DNA of 64,000 nt from Nemertoderma westbladi. Lineage: Eukaryota > Animalia > Xenacoelomorpha. Position 1 is the stretch's first letter. Each line of letters starts with the position of its first letter. The notes under the pieces are model-generated. The model made no database searches, had not been told where the DNA came from, and saw only the letters and a list, made by a program, of their open reading frames with translations. The position numbers were made by a program, and so were the translations under genes. The DNA lies in assembly GCA_032718475.1 (NCBI GenBank), contig JAUCBJ010006705.1, positions 56,516 through 120,515 of the forward strand, read 5' to 3'. Shown one piece after another: positions 62,437 through 64,000 of the stretch.

Positions 62437-64000
62437 TTATTATTATTATATTATTATTATTATTATATTCTTTATTTCATGCAATTGCACATAGTAAAAT
62501 TATTTAATATATATGATCACAAAATATATATATCATACAACATGGTAACTAACTTCTATGAATATATTATTAAAAAGAAAAAAGAAAAAAGAAGAAAAAC
62601 AATAACTATTTACTCATATTGTTCGCGATTATACACATTTAGGTTAGAAATACAGGGTCTTTCATTTCACGTATTCGTGATATCTTAACTACTGCCGTAT
62701 TTAATGCTTGCAATAGTGTATTATCTATCTTGTTTATACGATCAAATAGACTGATTACTGATCTATATCTGATATGTATAAATAATGGTATATTCAACAT
62801 ACCGAGCGCTAGTGAAATACTCGATGTCTGTCCATCAGTAACTCTTGGTAACCCAAATAATCGCCTTGCGCAATTATTATAGGCTACTTTAAGTTTACTG
62901 TGGATACGATCTGAGTAATTACGCCTAGCCCATAAGGCATTACAATAAATCGGCGTACAGAATGCACGGAACAATTGCACTTTTACATTATTTGCACAGC
63001 CGCTAAATTTCCTAATAATAAAATTAGCTCTAGAATATAACTTACAAGTTTGGTTAAGAATATCATAGTCATCATCCATTGTACAATGTAAAATATGGCC
63101 TAAATAATTGAATTTATTTACAATTTCAATAGCAACACCATACAGAAACACATTAGGGCGCCGAATAACTGACGATCCTTTCGGGAGGAAGTATAAACAC
63201 TTAGACTTTTTCGTGTTAAATATAATTGAATTAATATCAGCATATTTAACGGCAATGTCAATTAACCGTTGTAAACCGAAAATAGAATTCGAAATCAGGC
63301 ACATATCATCAGCATAACATATATGGTTCAATCTGATGCAGTCGACATAACAACCAACACCAGCCTCTGTGAGCTCCTTACTCAGATCGTCAATATATAC
63401 ATTATACAGCAACGGCGAGAGTATACCTCCCTGTTTCGTTCCATTAGTCACCATAAATTTGGCAGAAAAAATACCACCCCACATAACATACATGAGTTGG
63501 GATCGATACCAAAACAAAATTAGCCGTACTATATATAATGGAAAACCTCGTAATATAAGTTTACGGAGTAGGGTAAAGTGGTTGACACGGTCAAACGCTT
63601 TACTGGCGTCAAGCATACACACATATACTGGAGTGTTGCTAGAAAGGTAAAAGTTTATGATCTCCTTAAGGGTGTAAATACAATATTCCGTTCCAAGTTT
63701 GGATTTGAAACCAAACTGGTTATCAGTTGTATACATTAGCGCTAAACTACGCGCTAAAATAACGCTTTCTACAAGTTTGCTCAAACCTGTTGCAATTGAA
63801 ATGCCCCTGTAATTGTCCTTACAAGTATGGTCACCTGTTTTATCTTTGATAAGTGGAACAATAATGGATTCCATCATGAGTGATGGCATATAACCATGAA
63901 CAAAAATACTATTAATAAGCACAGCCAAAATATCAAGTAACGATACACAGCAGCCATTAATCAAGTGCTCAGCTTGTAACCCGTCTGGGCCAACAGCCTT
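62437..64000 (-). mobile_element. LINE 3' part (probably RTE-X clade) with (TAA)n tail inserted in the Gypsy gag; continues beyond the right edge
   Basis: AATAAA just before the (TAA)n tail 62437-62468; RT ORF upstream. Confidence 0.92.
62639..64000 (-). CDS. Non-LTR reverse transcriptase, C-terminal part (open at the window edge)
   Basis: NYRGIS, QFGFK, LDASKAFDRV, GTKQGGILSPLLY, YADD and YLG motifs. DDDYDI..LYSRAN..F..C..VK..LFRAFC is RTE-X-like. Confidence 0.92.
   Translation of the reverse strand, partial: KAVGPDGLQAEHLINGCCVSLLDILAVLINSIFVHGYMPSLMMESIIVPLIKDKTGDHTCKDNYRGISIATGLSKLVESVILARSLALMYTTDNQFGFKSKLGTEYCIYTLKEIINFYLSSNTPVYVCMLDASKAFDRVNHFTLLRKLILRGFPLYIVRLILFWYRSQLMYVMWGGIFSAKFMVTNGTKQGGILSPLLYNVYIDDLSKELTEAGVGCYVDCIRLNHICYADDMCLISNSIFGLQRLIDIAVKYADINSIIFNTKKSKCLYFLPKGSSVIRRPNVFLYGVAIEIVNKFNYLGHILHCTMDDDYDILNQTCKLYSRANFIIRKFSGCANNVKVQLFRAFCTPIYCNALWARRNYSDRIHSKLKVAYNNCARRLFGLPRVTDGQTSSISLALGMLNIPLFIHIRYRSVISLFDRINKIDNTLLQALNTAVVKISRIREMKDPVFLT

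Noticed and set aside
45144-63650. Many short + strand ORFs overlapping retroelement genes
   Set aside because: They are antisense shadows of minus-strand coding sequence with no recognisable motifs

Overview
Eukaryotic heterochromatin-like window, probably from a marine invertebrate (inferred from the transposon content). I can support no host gene. About half the window is a 36-bp satellite with 41- and 46-bp variants (1-7478, 10515-11321, 19651-39857). Twice it runs through an identical ~36-bp linker into a 16-bp satellite (11358-11898, 39894-41590), and shared variant monomers show these two blocks are recent duplicates. The rest is nested transposable elements. These are a 3.0-kb non-coding, TIR-less insertion with an 11-bp TSD whose empty site is in the paralogous array; a gag-only truncated BEL/Pao interrupted by an RTE LINE; a decayed full BEL/Pao bracketed by two related, unusual TGTGAC..GTCACA LTR-like units; a Gypsy-like element with a LADD RT motif and an apparent TA...TA LTR; RTE, CR1/L2-like and RTE-X-like LINE pieces; a poly(A) retroposon with a 12-bp TSD; a degenerate hammerhead ribozyme; and a tRNA-like relic. 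The many long minus-strand ORFs in the satellite are artefacts of the repeat. The most intriguing but speculative signal is that, on the + strand, the 36-mer reads as a 27-nt in-frame unit plus a GT..AG segment carrying splice-donor consensus, while the downstream 16-mer resembles a splice acceptor.
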